Shown here: piece after piece, positions 37,165 to 47,370 of the stretch
How the letters are laid out: every line of letters begins with the position of its first letter
Numbering within the stretch: the first letter of the stretch is position 1
Origin: Clostridia bacterium
GTDB lineage: Bacteria; Bacillota; Clostridia; UBA1212
NCBI GenBank assembly: GCA_045544575.1
Contig: JAZPZG010000028.1
Coordinates: forward strand, 20,565 to 84,564
Direction of reading: 5' to 3'
Length of the DNA: 64,000 bases
Made by a program: the position numbers and the translations under genes
The notes under the pieces: generated by a model
The model's database searches: none
What the model was told of the DNA's origin: nothing
What the model saw: the letters and a program-made list of their open reading frames with translations, nothing else

Positions 37165-38601
37165 TTATTTTAAATACTCTTGTATAAACATTATTACACC
37201 CGCAGACCAGCCATGACAGAAACTGTGGCGGAAACCTACGTAGCAGAAAGAACCGTAGTCACCGTGAAGATCCTTTTCGCCCTCTTTGGGAAGCTCATCA
37301 ATTCTGCCGCTGCCTTCAAGCCACTGCATATCGAAATCCTCGAAGAAAGTCGTTGCACCGCGGTCAAGCATTGCACCGTAATATTCTTTCATTATATTAA
37401 CAGCAACGTCCACACCGCTTGTCTCGGCAATTGCCTTTAAAATAAAGTAGCTCATAAAGGTGGACATTCCTTTTGCGCCGCCTTCTGTCAGCATAGCAAC
37501 CTCGCTTTCGCTAAGCGCTCCGAGTGCAAAATACTTCAATGCTACTACCTGTTTTGCTGTTTTTACAGGCATTTCTACCTTTAACAGCTTGGAAAGAAGT
37601 CTGTTTGCAGTATCAACAGAGCGTCCGAATTCACCCAAAACGTCAACAGCGCGTTTGCATGCCATAATGTTTATCGCTCTGACACCTGCAAGTTCATCAG
37701 GCTGATCGTGTGTCGGCCAATCCACAAAGTACATAGGATAATTCATCGTACCGTCCTCGGCAACACAGCTGTCCATGAGCTCAATTAAGCCTGCCATATA
37801 ATCAAGCTGCTCTTTTATATAATCGGTACAGCCTGTTTTTTTATAATAATCTGCGCAAATAATTACCCACCACATTGAATATGAAGGAAATCCGTTCATC
37901 CAACCGGGAAGCGGAGTCTGATCCTTTACAAAATCAAGCGAACGCTCGGTAATTTTCTGTCTTCCGTAAACAGCCGTAAATGACATTGTTTCGGGATACA
38001 TATCGCCTATCCACACAAGGCGGTCACGCTTTATTCCGTCCCAGATATATCCGCTTTGTGCACAAAGTGAAACGGTACGCTTCGCAGTTTCAAAAATCTC
38101 AGCAATTCTTTTATCATTACCGCTGTATGTATAAACCGCAGGCGCTTCAAAAATTTCACTTACCGCTACTACACTCTTTAAATTTACAATCACGTCATTT
38201 AAAAAGTCAATTCTTACAAATCTGAATCCGGTATGGCAAAACGTCATATCCGAATAATTTTGGAGGTACGTCTCAATGTCTCTGAGCGCATGGTCATTGC
38301 AAGCACCCTTTTCCCCAAGCTCGGCACAGGTTTCACTTACCGACTCACCGAATCTTATTCTGATTTTGCAATCACCCGACATAGTAAACGTAAGAATTCT
38401 TACACTGCCGCAAAGCTCCTTGCCGTAATCAAAAATAATATAGCCTTTTCCGTTTATCTGTGCAAGATCGGGCTCCATAAGTCCGATTTGCAAAGGCTTC
38501 TCTCTCAAAAAGCTGTCCGCACCGACAATTTCACCCTCTGATTTTACGATACGAACCGGTAAAACATGTTCTTTTTTCGTCTGTGATTTCATATTCGCCA
38601 T
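37165..38601 (-). CDS. Six-hairpin glycoside hydrolase-like protein (alpha-L-rhamnosidase/GH78-related, tentative)
   Basis: 478 aa. The DGIKRDRLVWIGDMYPE motif and overall layout resemble the (alpha/alpha)6 catalytic domain of rhamnosidase-like enzymes. No signal peptide. Confidence 0.5.
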   Translation of the reverse strand: MANMKSQTKKEHVLPVRIVKSEGEIVGADSFLREKPLQIGLMEPDLAQINGKGYIIFDYGKELCGSVRILTFTMSGDCKIRIRFGESVSETCAELGEKGACNDHALRDIETYLQNYSDMTFCHTGFRFVRIDFLNDVIVNLKSVVAVSEIFEAPAVYTYSGNDKRIAEIFETAKRTVSLCAQSGYIWDGIKRDRLVWIGDMYPETMSFTAVYGRQKITERSLDFVKDQTPLPGWMNGFPSYSMWWVIICADYYKKTGCTDYIKEQLDYMAGLIELMDSCVAEDGTMNYPMYFVDWPTHDQPDELAGVRAINIMACKRAVDVLGEFGRSVDTANRLLSKLLKVEMPVKTAKQVVALKYFALGALSESEVAMLTEGGAKGMSTFMSYFILKAIAETSGVDVAVNIMKEYYGAMLDRGATTFFEDFDMQWLEGSGRIDELPKEGEKDLHGDYGSFCYVGFRHSFCHGWSAGVIMFIQEYLK

Positions 38602-38641
38602 CCTTTCCTGCTCACAAAGAAATTATTCTTTGTAATTGTAT

Positions 38642-38691
38642 AAAAAAACTCTGACAAAACGTAAAACAAATCGTCTTCACCTTGCCAGAGT
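38642..38691 (-). terminator. Intrinsic terminator after purC
   Basis: The minus strand reads ACTCTGGCAA...TTGTCAGAGT followed by TTTTTTT. Confidence 0.5.
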
Positions 38692-38706
38692 TTATTTCTG
38701 ATTGTA

Positions 38707-39390
38707 TTATCTGTTCAATATAAGCTTTGTAAGTTCAACGGGCTCCACGATTTTGCCATCCTTGTAAACTCTCATGTTGCCGGAAGCAATTTCGTCAATA
38801 AGAATTACCTCGTTATTGTTGTAACCGAATTCAAACTTGATATCCCAAAGATCAAGACCGATAGACTTAAGGTCATCAGCAACGATTTTAGTGATGGCAA
38901 GTGTCTGCTTTTTCATACTCTCAAACATTTCGGGAGACATAACTCCGAGTGCAGCAAGACCTTCGCCGGTAACAAGCGGATCACCTTTCTCGTCATTTTT
39001 GAACGTACACTCAACGTATCCGCCCTCAAGAACAGTACCGTCTGCAATGTATTCCCCGTATCTGCGAATAAAGCTTCCTGTTGCAACAAGTCTGCAAATA
39101 ACCTCAAGACCATGCCCGAAAACGGTTGCGGGAAGAACCTCCATGGTAGCATTTTCAACGTCAGCACCTACGTAGTGAGTCTTTATGCCCGCCTGCTTAA
39201 GAAGCTCAAAATAGTGAATTGAAGTTTGAAGATTAGCTTTACCGATACCTTCTATAGTAAGACCTACTGCATTTTCACCGGGATCAAACACACCGTCTTT
39301 ACCGGTACAGTCATCTTTAAACTTAAGCATAACATTTCCGTTGTCAAGCTTGTAAACGTCTTTGGTTTTTCCTGAATAAATCTTTTCCAT
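38707..39390 (-). CDS. purC: Phosphoribosylaminoimidazole-succinocarboxamide synthase
   Basis: 227 aa. N-terminus [26 protein letters not shown] is typical SAICAR synthetase. Confidence 0.95.
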   Translation of the reverse strand: MEKIYSGKTKDVYKLDNGNVMLKFKDDCTGKDGVFDPGENAVGLTIEGIGKANLQTSIHYFELLKQAGIKTHYVGADVENATMEVLPATVFGHGLEVICRLVATGSFIRRYGEYIADGTVLEGGYVECTFKNDEKGDPLVTGEGLAALGVMSPEMFESMKKQTLAITKIVADDLKSIGLDLWDIKFEFGYNNNEVILIDEIASGNMRVYKDGKIVEPVELTKLILNR

Positions 39391-39522
39391 GGGAAAGCTC
39401 CTTCCGCTTTTAGATTAAATTAATTGTAGTTACCAGTCCTACGGACGATATTTTAGCACAAATTTTGATTATGTACAAGTTTTTTCTTAAAAGAAACGAC
39501 AGTAAATCTAAATTCCCTCGTG

Positions 39523-39551
39523 TTGACTTAACCGTGTTTTTCAGATATACT
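39523..39551 (+). promoter_or_regulatory. Putative sigma-A promoter for lepB (TTGACT-17-TATACT)
   Basis: TTGACT at 39523-39528, 17-nt spacer, TATACT at 39546-39551. Confidence 0.45.
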
Positions 39552-39588
39552 GTATCCATTCTGCTTTAGCATCACGGGAGGCTTTAAG

Positions 39589-40479
39589 ATGTCAGTCAAA
39601 AATTACAATTTTGATACTGATTTCAACATTGATGATGATATAACCGAGGAAATCGTTGCGGTTTTACCTGCGAAAAATGACCAAAGCGTTCCTCAGGAAA
39701 AGACAGAAAACACCCCTTCTGTTCCGGGAAACACTCCCGCTGTTGAAGAAAAGGCTTTCGAGCAAGAAGTTCCCTCCGCATTGTCTTTTCATAAGGAAAG
39801 CACAGAACATAAAAAAAAGAAAAAAAACTATTTTCGCATAAAAAGGCAGGCAAAAAGATTGGCAAAATCCCTTGCGATGGAAATTTTGTCATGGATTATT
39901 ATCTGTGTGTCCCTTGTCGTCTTCCTTTGTGTAACTCACCTTTTTATTTTACGACCGAGTGTTGTCTCCGGTCATTCAATGGACCCGACGCTTTATGACG
40001 GTGAAACAATAATGATATCTGCTCTCCCGTATATATTCGGCGACGTGGAACGCGGAGATATCATAATAATTGACCGACAGACCGAAAGAGACCGTACCTT
40101 TGCGGTACAGTTTGAAGAAATGCTCCGATACAATATTATTACTCAGCACCTCTTCTCTTCCGAAGGCTCGACAGACAAGGATGTTTTTTGGGTAAAAAGA
40201 GTAATAGGAATAGAAGGTGACACAATAACTTTTGAAAACGGAAAGATTTATTTGAACGGAGAGCTGTTGGAAGAAGATTACTTACTCACACAGGACGTAA
40301 CGACTTACCCCGAAGGCAAAACCTTTGTTGTAGGGGAAGGAGAGCTTTTTGTTATGGGTGATAACCGCAACAACAGCGCAGACAGTCGTGTCATAACAAA
40401 ACCTGTCACGGTCGACCATGTTGTGGGCAAGGTTGTTTCGGGTATCAACGAACCGAGCGCTGGTGATTCGACTCAATGA
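39589..40479 (+). CDS. lepB: Signal peptidase I with ~95-aa N-terminal cytoplasmic extension
   Basis: S26 boxes SGHSMDPTLYDGE, VKRVIG and GDNRNNSADSR, with one TM helix before the catalytic domain. Confidence 0.9.
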   Translation: MSVKNYNFDTDFNIDDDITEEIVAVLPAKNDQSVPQEKTENTPSVPGNTPAVEEKAFEQEVPSALSFHKESTEHKKKKKNYFRIKRQAKRLAKSLAMEILSWIIICVSLVVFLCVTHLFILRPSVVSGHSMDPTLYDGETIMISALPYIFGDVERGDIIIIDRQTERDRTFAVQFEEMLRYNIITQHLFSSEGSTDKDVFWVKRVIGIEGDTITFENGKIYLNGELLEEDYLLTQDVTTYPEGKTFVVGEGELFVMGDNRNNSADSRVITKPVTVDHVVGKVVSGINEPSAGDSTQ

Positions 40480-41743
40480 GTTCCATATATTTGGATGCCA
40501 TTTTATAATTATCATAAAGCTCCACTGCACGTTTTCTGCAAAGCTCAGATGTAAACGGAATATCCGCTGTCTCCTTTATAGACAAGGAGGCAGCCTTTTT
40601 TTGCGCCTCAAGAACTGCTTGTACTGCTCTGTAGGCTTCATTTACGGAAGTAGGATTCGTCAAAATAATGCCGGTCTCGTGACTTACCTGCTCAGGGCAT
40701 CCGCATAACGAGCTTGTTATAACAGGTGTTCCGCACGCCAAAGCCTCAAGCGGAACCAATGGAAAATTATCCTCAAGCGAAGGATGCAAAAGCACCGAGG
40801 CAGCAGAATAAATACACGCCAGTTCATCTGTATTCTCTGTCCTCGAAATACCAATCACGTTAGGGGGCAGCTTTTTCATTTGCTTAACGGATAACCCCAC
40901 CATAACAATCGCACAATCCTGTGCAATTTCAGACAGGCGATAAAACAGCTGAGGTTGCTTACGGTCGTTCCATACGGAAGCCACACCCAATACAACAGGC
41001 TTATCCGCAGGTATATTATATTTTTCCAAAACACGACGCTTACTTTCAAGCGTGTGCGGCTGAAAAGTTTCTATATTTACACCGTTTAGTATAGTTTTTA
41101 TTTCGTACTTATTAAGAAAAGATTTCCGTGTTTCCTCAGCCAGCCATTCCGAAGGAGTAATAACGGTCATTTTTTCTTCGGGAAGCATCGTAAACAATTC
41201 CCGTTTAAAAGCAAACTCCTCTGCCGTGGTATCAATATATGATTTCGGATATGCAGAAGAATGAATCTTACAGTTTCCGCAGTGCGGTTTGTTCGTAGCT
41301 TCATCGGCGCAAGTCTCCCATCGTCTGCAATCAGCAAACGAAAAATACGCACAGCCACCCGTAAAAGCCCAACAGTCATGCAATACCCAATATATATGAC
41401 AATCCGGCAATTCGTTCAATGCTTCAAAAAGAATCTTCAAATTAAGAAAGTATCCGTGGATATTATGTAAAACAACCGCGTCGGGTTTAATGTCTTTAAG
41501 TTTTTTGACCAAAGAGGCGGTACTCAACTTACTTCCGTGACCATTTTTACCAAGACGCCCCAAGACAGCGTGAAAATACAGGTCTGCCTTGTTTCCAACC
41601 GACTCACACTCTCTATCCAAATGAATACGGCGTCCGGCAAACGATTTTGCAGAATGACCCTTGCACAAAGCCAAGGTCTGCACCGTTTGCATAATAGCGC
41701 CCGTGCTTCCGTAATCCGAAACGTTAATCTGAACGATAGTCAC
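40445..41743 (-). CDS. Glycosyltransferase, GT4-like
   Basis: 432 aa. C-terminal GT-B motif EDNFPLVPLEALACGTPVITS. Its start overlaps the capE-like stop by 4 nt. Confidence 0.8.
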   Translation of the reverse strand: MTIVQINVSDYGSTGAIMQTVQTLALCKGHSAKSFAGRRIHLDRECESVGNKADLYFHAVLGRLGKNGHGSKLSTASLVKKLKDIKPDAVVLHNIHGYFLNLKILFEALNELPDCHIYWVLHDCWAFTGGCAYFSFADCRRWETCADEATNKPHCGNCKIHSSAYPKSYIDTTAEEFAFKRELFTMLPEEKMTVITPSEWLAEETRKSFLNKYEIKTILNGVNIETFQPHTLESKRRVLEKYNIPADKPVVLGVASVWNDRKQPQLFYRLSEIAQDCAIVMVGLSVKQMKKLPPNVIGISRTENTDELACIYSAASVLLHPSLEDNFPLVPLEALACGTPVITSSLCGCPEQVSHETGIILTNPTSVNEAYRAVQAVLEAQKKAASLSIKETADIPFTSELCRKRAVELYDNYKMASKYMELIESNHQRSVR

Positions 41744-42771
41744 TTCTTAAAATACTCCTTTAGCTCCGCTTGAATATACTCAATAGACAAAAGCTTTTCT
41801 TTCACCTGTTCCACATTCAGTAAAACAGTATTATTTGAATTAAACTCCGTAAGCTTGCTGCGCTTCTTATCTCCGTCAACAAAATACTTATCATAATTCA
41901 AATCACGCTTATCAGCCGGAACACGGTAAAAAGCACCGAGGTCAACGGCATTTGCACATTCTTCATTGGTAAGAAGAGTCTCATACATTTTTTCGCCGTG
42001 ACGGATGCCGATAATTTTAATTTCGTTATCTGCATTAAACAGTTCTTTGACCGCTTGTGCAAGAACTCCTATGGTGCAGGCAGGAGCCTTTTGCACCATA
42101 ATGTCACCTCTCTCAGCATGCTCAAACGCAAACAACACGAGCTCTACAGCCTCTTCAAGACTCATAATAAAACGAGTCATATCAGGGTCAGTCACCGTAA
42201 GCGGCTGCCCGTTTTTAATCTGCTCGATAAACAACGGGATAACCGAGCCTCTTGAGCACATGACATTTCCGTATCTGGTGCCGCATATAAGCGTCTCATC
42301 AGGAGAAACCGTCCGTGACTTTGCAATAAAAACCTTCTCCATCATCGCTTTGCTCGTGCCCATGGCATTTACGGGATATGCCGCCTTGTCCGTAGAAAGA
42401 CATATAACCTTCTTCACACGTGCCTCGATAGCCGCGGTAAGAACGTTATCAGTACCCAGAACGTTAGTCTTAACTGCCTCGATAGGGAAAAATTCACAAC
42501 TCGGAACCTGTTTCAGTGCCGCCGCATGAAAAACGTAGTCCACACCGTGCATGGCATCCTTAATACTGCGGAAATCACGTACGTCGCCTATATAATACTT
42601 TATTTTTTCACTCTTATACGCATGGCGCATATCGTCCTGTTTTTTTTCATCACGGGAAAAAATGCGTATTTCTTTAATATCCGTATCAAGAAAACGCCTG
42701 AGTACCGCTCCGCCGAAGGAGCCTGTTCCGCCTGTAATTAAAAGTGTCTTTCCCGAAAAATCCATAAACAA
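41740..42771 (-). CDS. capE: UDP-N-acetylglucosamine 4,6-dehydratase/5-epimerase (CapE/FnlA-type polysaccharide biosynthesis protein)
   Basis: 343 aa. LITGGTGSFGGAVLRRFL, IRIFSRDEKKQDDMRH, HAAALKQVPSCEF, LSTDKAAYPVNAMG.SKAMMEK; near-colinear with staphylococcal CapE as I recall it. Confidence 0.85.
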   Translation of the reverse strand: MFMDFSGKTLLITGGTGSFGGAVLRRFLDTDIKEIRIFSRDEKKQDDMRHAYKSEKIKYYIGDVRDFRSIKDAMHGVDYVFHAAALKQVPSCEFFPIEAVKTNVLGTDNVLTAAIEARVKKVICLSTDKAAYPVNAMGTSKAMMEKVFIAKSRTVSPDETLICGTRYGNVMCSRGSVIPLFIEQIKNGQPLTVTDPDMTRFIMSLEEAVELVLFAFEHAERGDIMVQKAPACTIGVLAQAVKELFNADNEIKIIGIRHGEKMYETLLTNEECANAVDLGAFYRVPADKRDLNYDKYFVDGDKKRSKLTEFNSNNTVLLNVEQVKEKLLSIEYIQAELKEYFKK

Positions 42772-43040
42772 TTCCTTTCCGCTTCGGCTTTACCCGCATA
42801 ATTCAGACAAAGCTTCACCCATGATTCTGTAAGGTTTGTGATAATTTTACCTTATTAACTCTTTCTTGTCAATTTCCCGGGAAATAATTTCACACATCGG
42901 TAAGAACCGCCTGCCTTATGACACAAATACTTTCCGACGGGGCGTAATCGGAAAAAAAAGGTTGTTTTTTCGGTGCATTAATAGTATTATAAGATAGATT
43001 GAGAAGTATATCTTTACGAGATTAAAGGAGGCGTCAGAAT

Positions 43041-45035
43041 ATGCCTGATAAAAAAACATATTACATTACTACACCGATATATTACCCGAGCGATAAGCTT
43101 CACATCGGCCACTCGTACACTACGGTTGCCGCCGATTGCGAAGCACGCTACAAAAGACTTAAAGGCTTTGACGTAATGTTCCTTACGGGTACGGATGAGC
43201 ACGGTCAAAAAATCCAGAAAAAAGCAGAGGCTAAGGGCGTTACCCCTCAAGCCTACGTTGACGAAATCGTTGCAGGAATAAAAGATCTTTGGGCTTTACT
43301 CGACATTACCAACGATAAATTTATCCGAACCACAGACGATTATCACGTTGCCGCCGTTCAGAAAATTTTTAAAAAGCTTTACGAAAAAGGCGACATTTAT
43401 AAGAGTGAGTACGAGGGACATTACTGTACACCTTGCGAGTCTTTCTGGACAGAAACACAGCTTGTAGACGGAAAGTGCCCCGACTGCGGCAGAGAAGTTG
43501 AGCTCACCAAGGAAGAGAGCTACTTTTTCCGCCTTTCCAAGTATCAGGACAAGCTGATTGATTTTATTGAGAGCAACCCCGACTTTATAAGCCCTGCGGC
43601 AAGAAAGAACGAAATGCTCAACAACTTTATTAAGAAAGGACTCGAAGACCTCTGTGTTTCGAGGACCTCTTTCAATTGGGGTGTTCCCGTAACTTTCGAC
43701 GACAAGCACGTTGTTTACGTTTGGGTAGACGCACTTTCAAACTACATTACCGCAATGGGCTACGGCAGTGAAAACGACGCAGATTATCAGAAGTTCTGGC
43801 CTGCGGATATGCACCTTGTCGGAAAAGAGATTGTGCGCTTCCACACCATTATCTGGCCTGCACTTCTTATGGCACTTGATTTGCCTCTGCCGAAGCGCGT
43901 TTACGGTCACGGCTGGCTTCTCCTTAACGGCGACAAGATGTCAAAGTCCAAAGGCAACGTTGTAGACCCTGTGATTTTGGTTGACAGATACACCTCCGAT
44001 GCCATCAGATACTTCCTTTTAAGAGAAGTTCCCTTCGGCTCGGACGGCTCCTTTACGCCTGAATCGCTCATAAAGAGAATTAACGCAGACCTTGCAAACG
44101 ACCTCGGAAATCTCGTTTCACGTACTGCGGCCATGGAAATTAAATACTTCGGCGGCGTAATGCCCTCTGCCGAAAACCGTCTTAATACGGAGGCAGACGA
44201 GGAAGTCATCGGACTGCTTTCTTCACTCAGCAAGACGGCTGAAAGTTATCTTGACGATATGCAGTTCCCCTTGGCTCTCACCGAAATTTGGAAGTGCATT
44301 TCAAGACTGAACAAATATATCGATGAAACGGCTCCCTGGATTCTTGCAAAGAACGAAGAGGACAAGCCCAGACTTGCAGCCGTTATGTATACGCTTTTGG
44401 AGGGAATCAGAATAGTTTCCATACTTCTCCAGCCCTTTATGCCCAGAACTCCTGAGAAAATCTGGGCACAGATAGGTCTTGAAGCAAACAGTGCGATTAC
44501 CGATTGGGAAAGTGCAGCTACGTGGGGACTTTATCCTGCAGGCGCCGTTGCTTCAAAGGGCGAACCGATATTCCCAAGACTTGACCTTGAAAAAGAGCTT
44601 GCGGCTCTTGAGGAAATCAAGCTTGCCGAAGAAAAAAAGGCAGAAGCAAACGTCGTTGCAAAGAAAACCGCGTCTGAAACTAAGACCTCAGAAACAACAG
44701 AGCTTCCCGAAGGAGTTATCACAATTGATGATTTTGCAAAGGTAAAGCTCGTCGTTGCAGAAGTTCTCACCGCAGAACACGTTGAAGGTTCGGAAAAGCT
44801 TCTCAAAATGCAACTCAATATCGGACAGGAAACAAAGCAAGTCGTATCAGGTATTGCAAAATACTATGCTCCCGAAGACATGATAGGCAAGAAGGTTGTC
44901 TTCGTGTCAAATCTTGTTCCTGCAACTCTTTGCGGGGTAGTTTCCGAAGGTATGATTCTTGCGGCTACGAAGGGCAAAAAGCTTACACTCCTCACTATCG
45001 AAGGCGATTTACCCGCAGGAAGCAAAATTTCCTGA
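43041..45035 (+). CDS. metG: Methionyl-tRNA synthetase with C-terminal tRNA-binding (Trbp111/EMAP-like) domain
   Basis: 664 aa. HIGH motif KLHIGHSYT, KMSKS motif, zinc knuckle CTPCE...CPDCG, and a C-terminal OB-fold (KLVVAEVLTAEHVEGSEKLLKMQL). Confidence 0.95.
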   Translation: MPDKKTYYITTPIYYPSDKLHIGHSYTTVAADCEARYKRLKGFDVMFLTGTDEHGQKIQKKAEAKGVTPQAYVDEIVAGIKDLWALLDITNDKFIRTTDDYHVAAVQKIFKKLYEKGDIYKSEYEGHYCTPCESFWTETQLVDGKCPDCGREVELTKEESYFFRLSKYQDKLIDFIESNPDFISPAARKNEMLNNFIKKGLEDLCVSRTSFNWGVPVTFDDKHVVYVWVDALSNYITAMGYGSENDADYQKFWPADMHLVGKEIVRFHTIIWPALLMALDLPLPKRVYGHGWLLLNGDKMSKSKGNVVDPVILVDRYTSDAIRYFLLREVPFGSDGSFTPESLIKRINADLANDLGNLVSRTAAMEIKYFGGVMPSAENRLNTEADEEVIGLLSSLSKTAESYLDDMQFPLALTEIWKCISRLNKYIDETAPWILAKNEEDKPRLAAVMYTLLEGIRIVSILLQPFMPRTPEKIWAQIGLEANSAITDWESAATWGLYPAGAVASKGEPIFPRLDLEKELAALEEIKLAEEKKAEANVVAKKTASETKTSETTELPEGVITIDDFAKVKLVVAEVLTAEHVEGSEKLLKMQLNIGQETKQVVSGIAKYYAPEDMIGKKVVFVSNLVPATLCGVVSEGMILAATKGKKLTLLTIEGDLPAGSKIS

Positions 45036-45100
45036 TACGGAGCATAATACTTTATCAAAGGTGACGATACTATAGTTTGAAAGGCGATACACAGCATCTT

Positions 45101-45958
45101 ATGGAAAACTTAGACCTTTTATACGGAGTTCACTACGCCAACGAAAAATTATTGGCAGAGGTTGACCGAATTTGTAAAAAACACAATATCGAATATTATA
45201 TGTGGGCAGGTACACTGTTAGGAGCCGTAAGACATAGCGACTTTATCCCCTGGGATGACGACGTAGACCTCGCATTCAAGCGCGCAGACTATGAAAAATT
45301 TCTCAAAGTTGCACCCGAAGAGCTCGGAGAAGATTTTGAATTGGTTTTCCCCGGAGAGGATGACAAGTTTTTCGACATGATTCCGAAAGTAAACTATGTT
45401 CACAGCACTATCCGCACACCCGGAGAAGACGAGCTCTTCTACGACAATAAGCACAATCGCGTAGCACTTGACGTTTTTGCTCTCGACGATGCTTGCACGG
45501 GTATTATGTTTAAACTGCAGGTTTTCCGCATAAAAATGATTTATGGTTATGCAATGGGACACAGACGTGAGCTGGATATGGATAAGTATAAAGGACTGAC
45601 TAAGCTTTACGTAAAGTTGCTTTCTATTATCGGAAAACATATCCCGATGGAAAAAATTGTTGAAAAATACAAAAAGGCTTCCGTAAAAAACAACGGCAAG
45701 GGTACCGACTACTGTATTTTCAACGAAAGAATTTACTTTATTGAGCCTAAATTCAGTAAAAAATGGTTCGAGGAAAGCGCTGATTACAATATTCGAGGAA
45801 AAATGTATAAATCCGTCAAGAATTACGACGCTCTCCTAACAAAGCTCTACAAAAACTATATGGAATTACCGCCTGAGGACAAACGCGTTCCGATTCATTC
45901 GGGTGAGCTCGAAGAAATAAAAGTATATGCACCTGACGGAACACTGCTGAAAAAATAA
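45101..45958 (+). CDS. licD: LicD-family phosphotransferase (phosphocholine/polyol-phosphate transfer to glycopolymers)
   Basis: GTLLGAVRHSDFIPWDDDVDLAF is the LicD signature. The start is placed at MENLDLLYG. Confidence 0.8.
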   Translation: MENLDLLYGVHYANEKLLAEVDRICKKHNIEYYMWAGTLLGAVRHSDFIPWDDDVDLAFKRADYEKFLKVAPEELGEDFELVFPGEDDKFFDMIPKVNYVHSTIRTPGEDELFYDNKHNRVALDVFALDDACTGIMFKLQVFRIKMIYGYAMGHRRELDMDKYKGLTKLYVKLLSIIGKHIPMEKIVEKYKKASVKNNGKGTDYCIFNERIYFIEPKFSKKWFEESADYNIRGKMYKSVKNYDALLTKLYKNYMELPPEDKRVPIHSGELEEIKVYAPDGTLLKK

Positions 45959-45996
45959 CAAAAGACATTACATTTTACGGAAAGGAGGTTCTCCGT

Positions 45997-47370
45997 TTGA
46001 AATTAAGAGAAAAAAACAGCTATAAAGTATTTTTTTACTCAGCGATGGCAATATCACTTGCATTTTTCATTATGCTCGGCTTTGTCACAAACGGCGACTC
46101 CTTCTCCGGTCTGTTTTTTATAGATAAGACAGACTCCTTTATGGATCACCTTAACAGCGTTGTATACAACGAAATTGACCCTTACGAAAACAAAGTAATC
46201 TATCCTCCCCTTGCATCGCTTGCATATAAGCTGTGCAACGAAATAATTCCGGAGGACGCTTACGACCCTATTGTAAGTGATCCTACAATTAAGGCACAGC
46301 CGCGTACCATAAAAACAAGTCAGGCATTTATGTTCCAATTTATTATGTTCAGCCTGCTTTCCTTACTGCTCACGTTATTTTCAGTCGATACGCTGAAAAA
46401 AGGCAGTAAGCTTGAAAAGGGTGCGTTTATGCTTCTTTTTGTGCTGTCTGCACCTTTTTTGTTTATGGCGGAAAGAGGAAATAACATTGCAATTCCTCTT
46501 GCTTTTTCAATGTTTTTTATTGCTTTTTATGACTCAAAAAATAAATTTTTACGCGAATTCGCCCTTATTTCCTTGGCACTTGCCGCAGGCTTTAAGATAT
46601 ACCCGATAATTCTCGGTGTATTACTGCTAAGAAACAAGCAATATGCAGAACTTATAAGGGCAGGCCTCTACTGTATAATAACACTGATTTTGCCTTTCTT
46701 TATCTTTTACAACGGTTTTGAAAGCATGAAGCTTATGCTTACGCATATAGCAGGTTTCAGCAGCTCACGCAGCTCTGCATCGAATATAAGCGCACAGCTT
46801 GATTTTAAGCGTACGCTTTATTTTCTGCATGGCGGCTTCCGAAAGATTACGGGAATTACTATTGAAGAAGGCATGCTTGACATATATGCCGAGCTGTTTA
46901 AGTATTTGTGTACGTTTGTATGCGTTACAGGCACGTTTTTCCTTAAAGAAAGATGGAAAATCGTAATGCTGTGCGCCGCGATTATTTACGGTTTCCCCGG
47001 CTCGTGTGCCACATATCTCTTAATGTTTTTTGTCCCTGCAATAATTCTTTTTCTTGACGAAGAAAACAAACATACACTTTTTAATTTTGCATATCTTGCG
47101 CTTATGACGATATCGCAAATTCCGTTCACACTTCCCGGTTCAAATGGTTGGAGCCGTTATTGGCCTACCAAAATCACCAGTGTTGCGGTGTTCGGAATTG
47201 TATTTCTTGTCTTTATTGAGCTTACAATACGCTTTATCATCTGGAATTACAACCGAATTCAAAACGGAATTGGTTTTTTCGCAGGATGCAGAAATCGTGT
47301 CCTTGACTTTTTCCCGGAAAAGACCGCCGCAAAGCTGAGCAACGGAAGGGAGGCAACCTCGAATGTCTGA
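45997..47370 (+). CDS. Polytopic membrane protein, possible GT-C-type glycosyltransferase/polymerase, tandem paralogue 1
   Basis: 457 aa with more than 10 TM helices. TTG start after AAAGGAGG. Shares blocks with the next gene (SFMDHLNSVVYNEIDPYENKVIYPPL vs SFMDFFNSMLYNINEPYENYVFYPPL; ILPFFIFYNGFESMKL vs ILPFFIFYDGFESMKL). Confidence 0.5.
   Translation: MKLREKNSYKVFFYSAMAISLAFFIMLGFVTNGDSFSGLFFIDKTDSFMDHLNSVVYNEIDPYENKVIYPPLASLAYKLCNEIIPEDAYDPIVSDPTIKAQPRTIKTSQAFMFQFIMFSLLSLLLTLFSVDTLKKGSKLEKGAFMLLFVLSAPFLFMAERGNNIAIPLAFSMFFIAFYDSKNKFLREFALISLALAAGFKIYPIILGVLLLRNKQYAELIRAGLYCIITLILPFFIFYNGFESMKLMLTHIAGFSSSRSSASNISAQLDFKRTLYFLHGGFRKITGITIEEGMLDIYAELFKYLCTFVCVTGTFFLKERWKIVMLCAAIIYGFPGSCATYLLMFFVPAIILFLDEENKHTLFNFAYLALMTISQIPFTLPGSNGWSRYWPTKITSVAVFGIVFLVFIELTIRFIIWNYNRIQNGIGFFAGCRNRVLDFFPEKTAAKLSNGREATSNV

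Noticed and set aside
39391-39480. Searched for a purine or ZTP riboswitch upstream of purC
   Set aside because: A TTGTAC-17-TAAAAT promoter followed by a ~60-nt leader leaves no room, and no conserved riboswitch core is present.
42772-43040. Searched for a T-box upstream of metG
   Set aside because: No specifier or T-box core sequences are present. Only a weak promoter (TTGTTT-17-TATTAT at 42962-42990) and the palindrome reported separately are visible.
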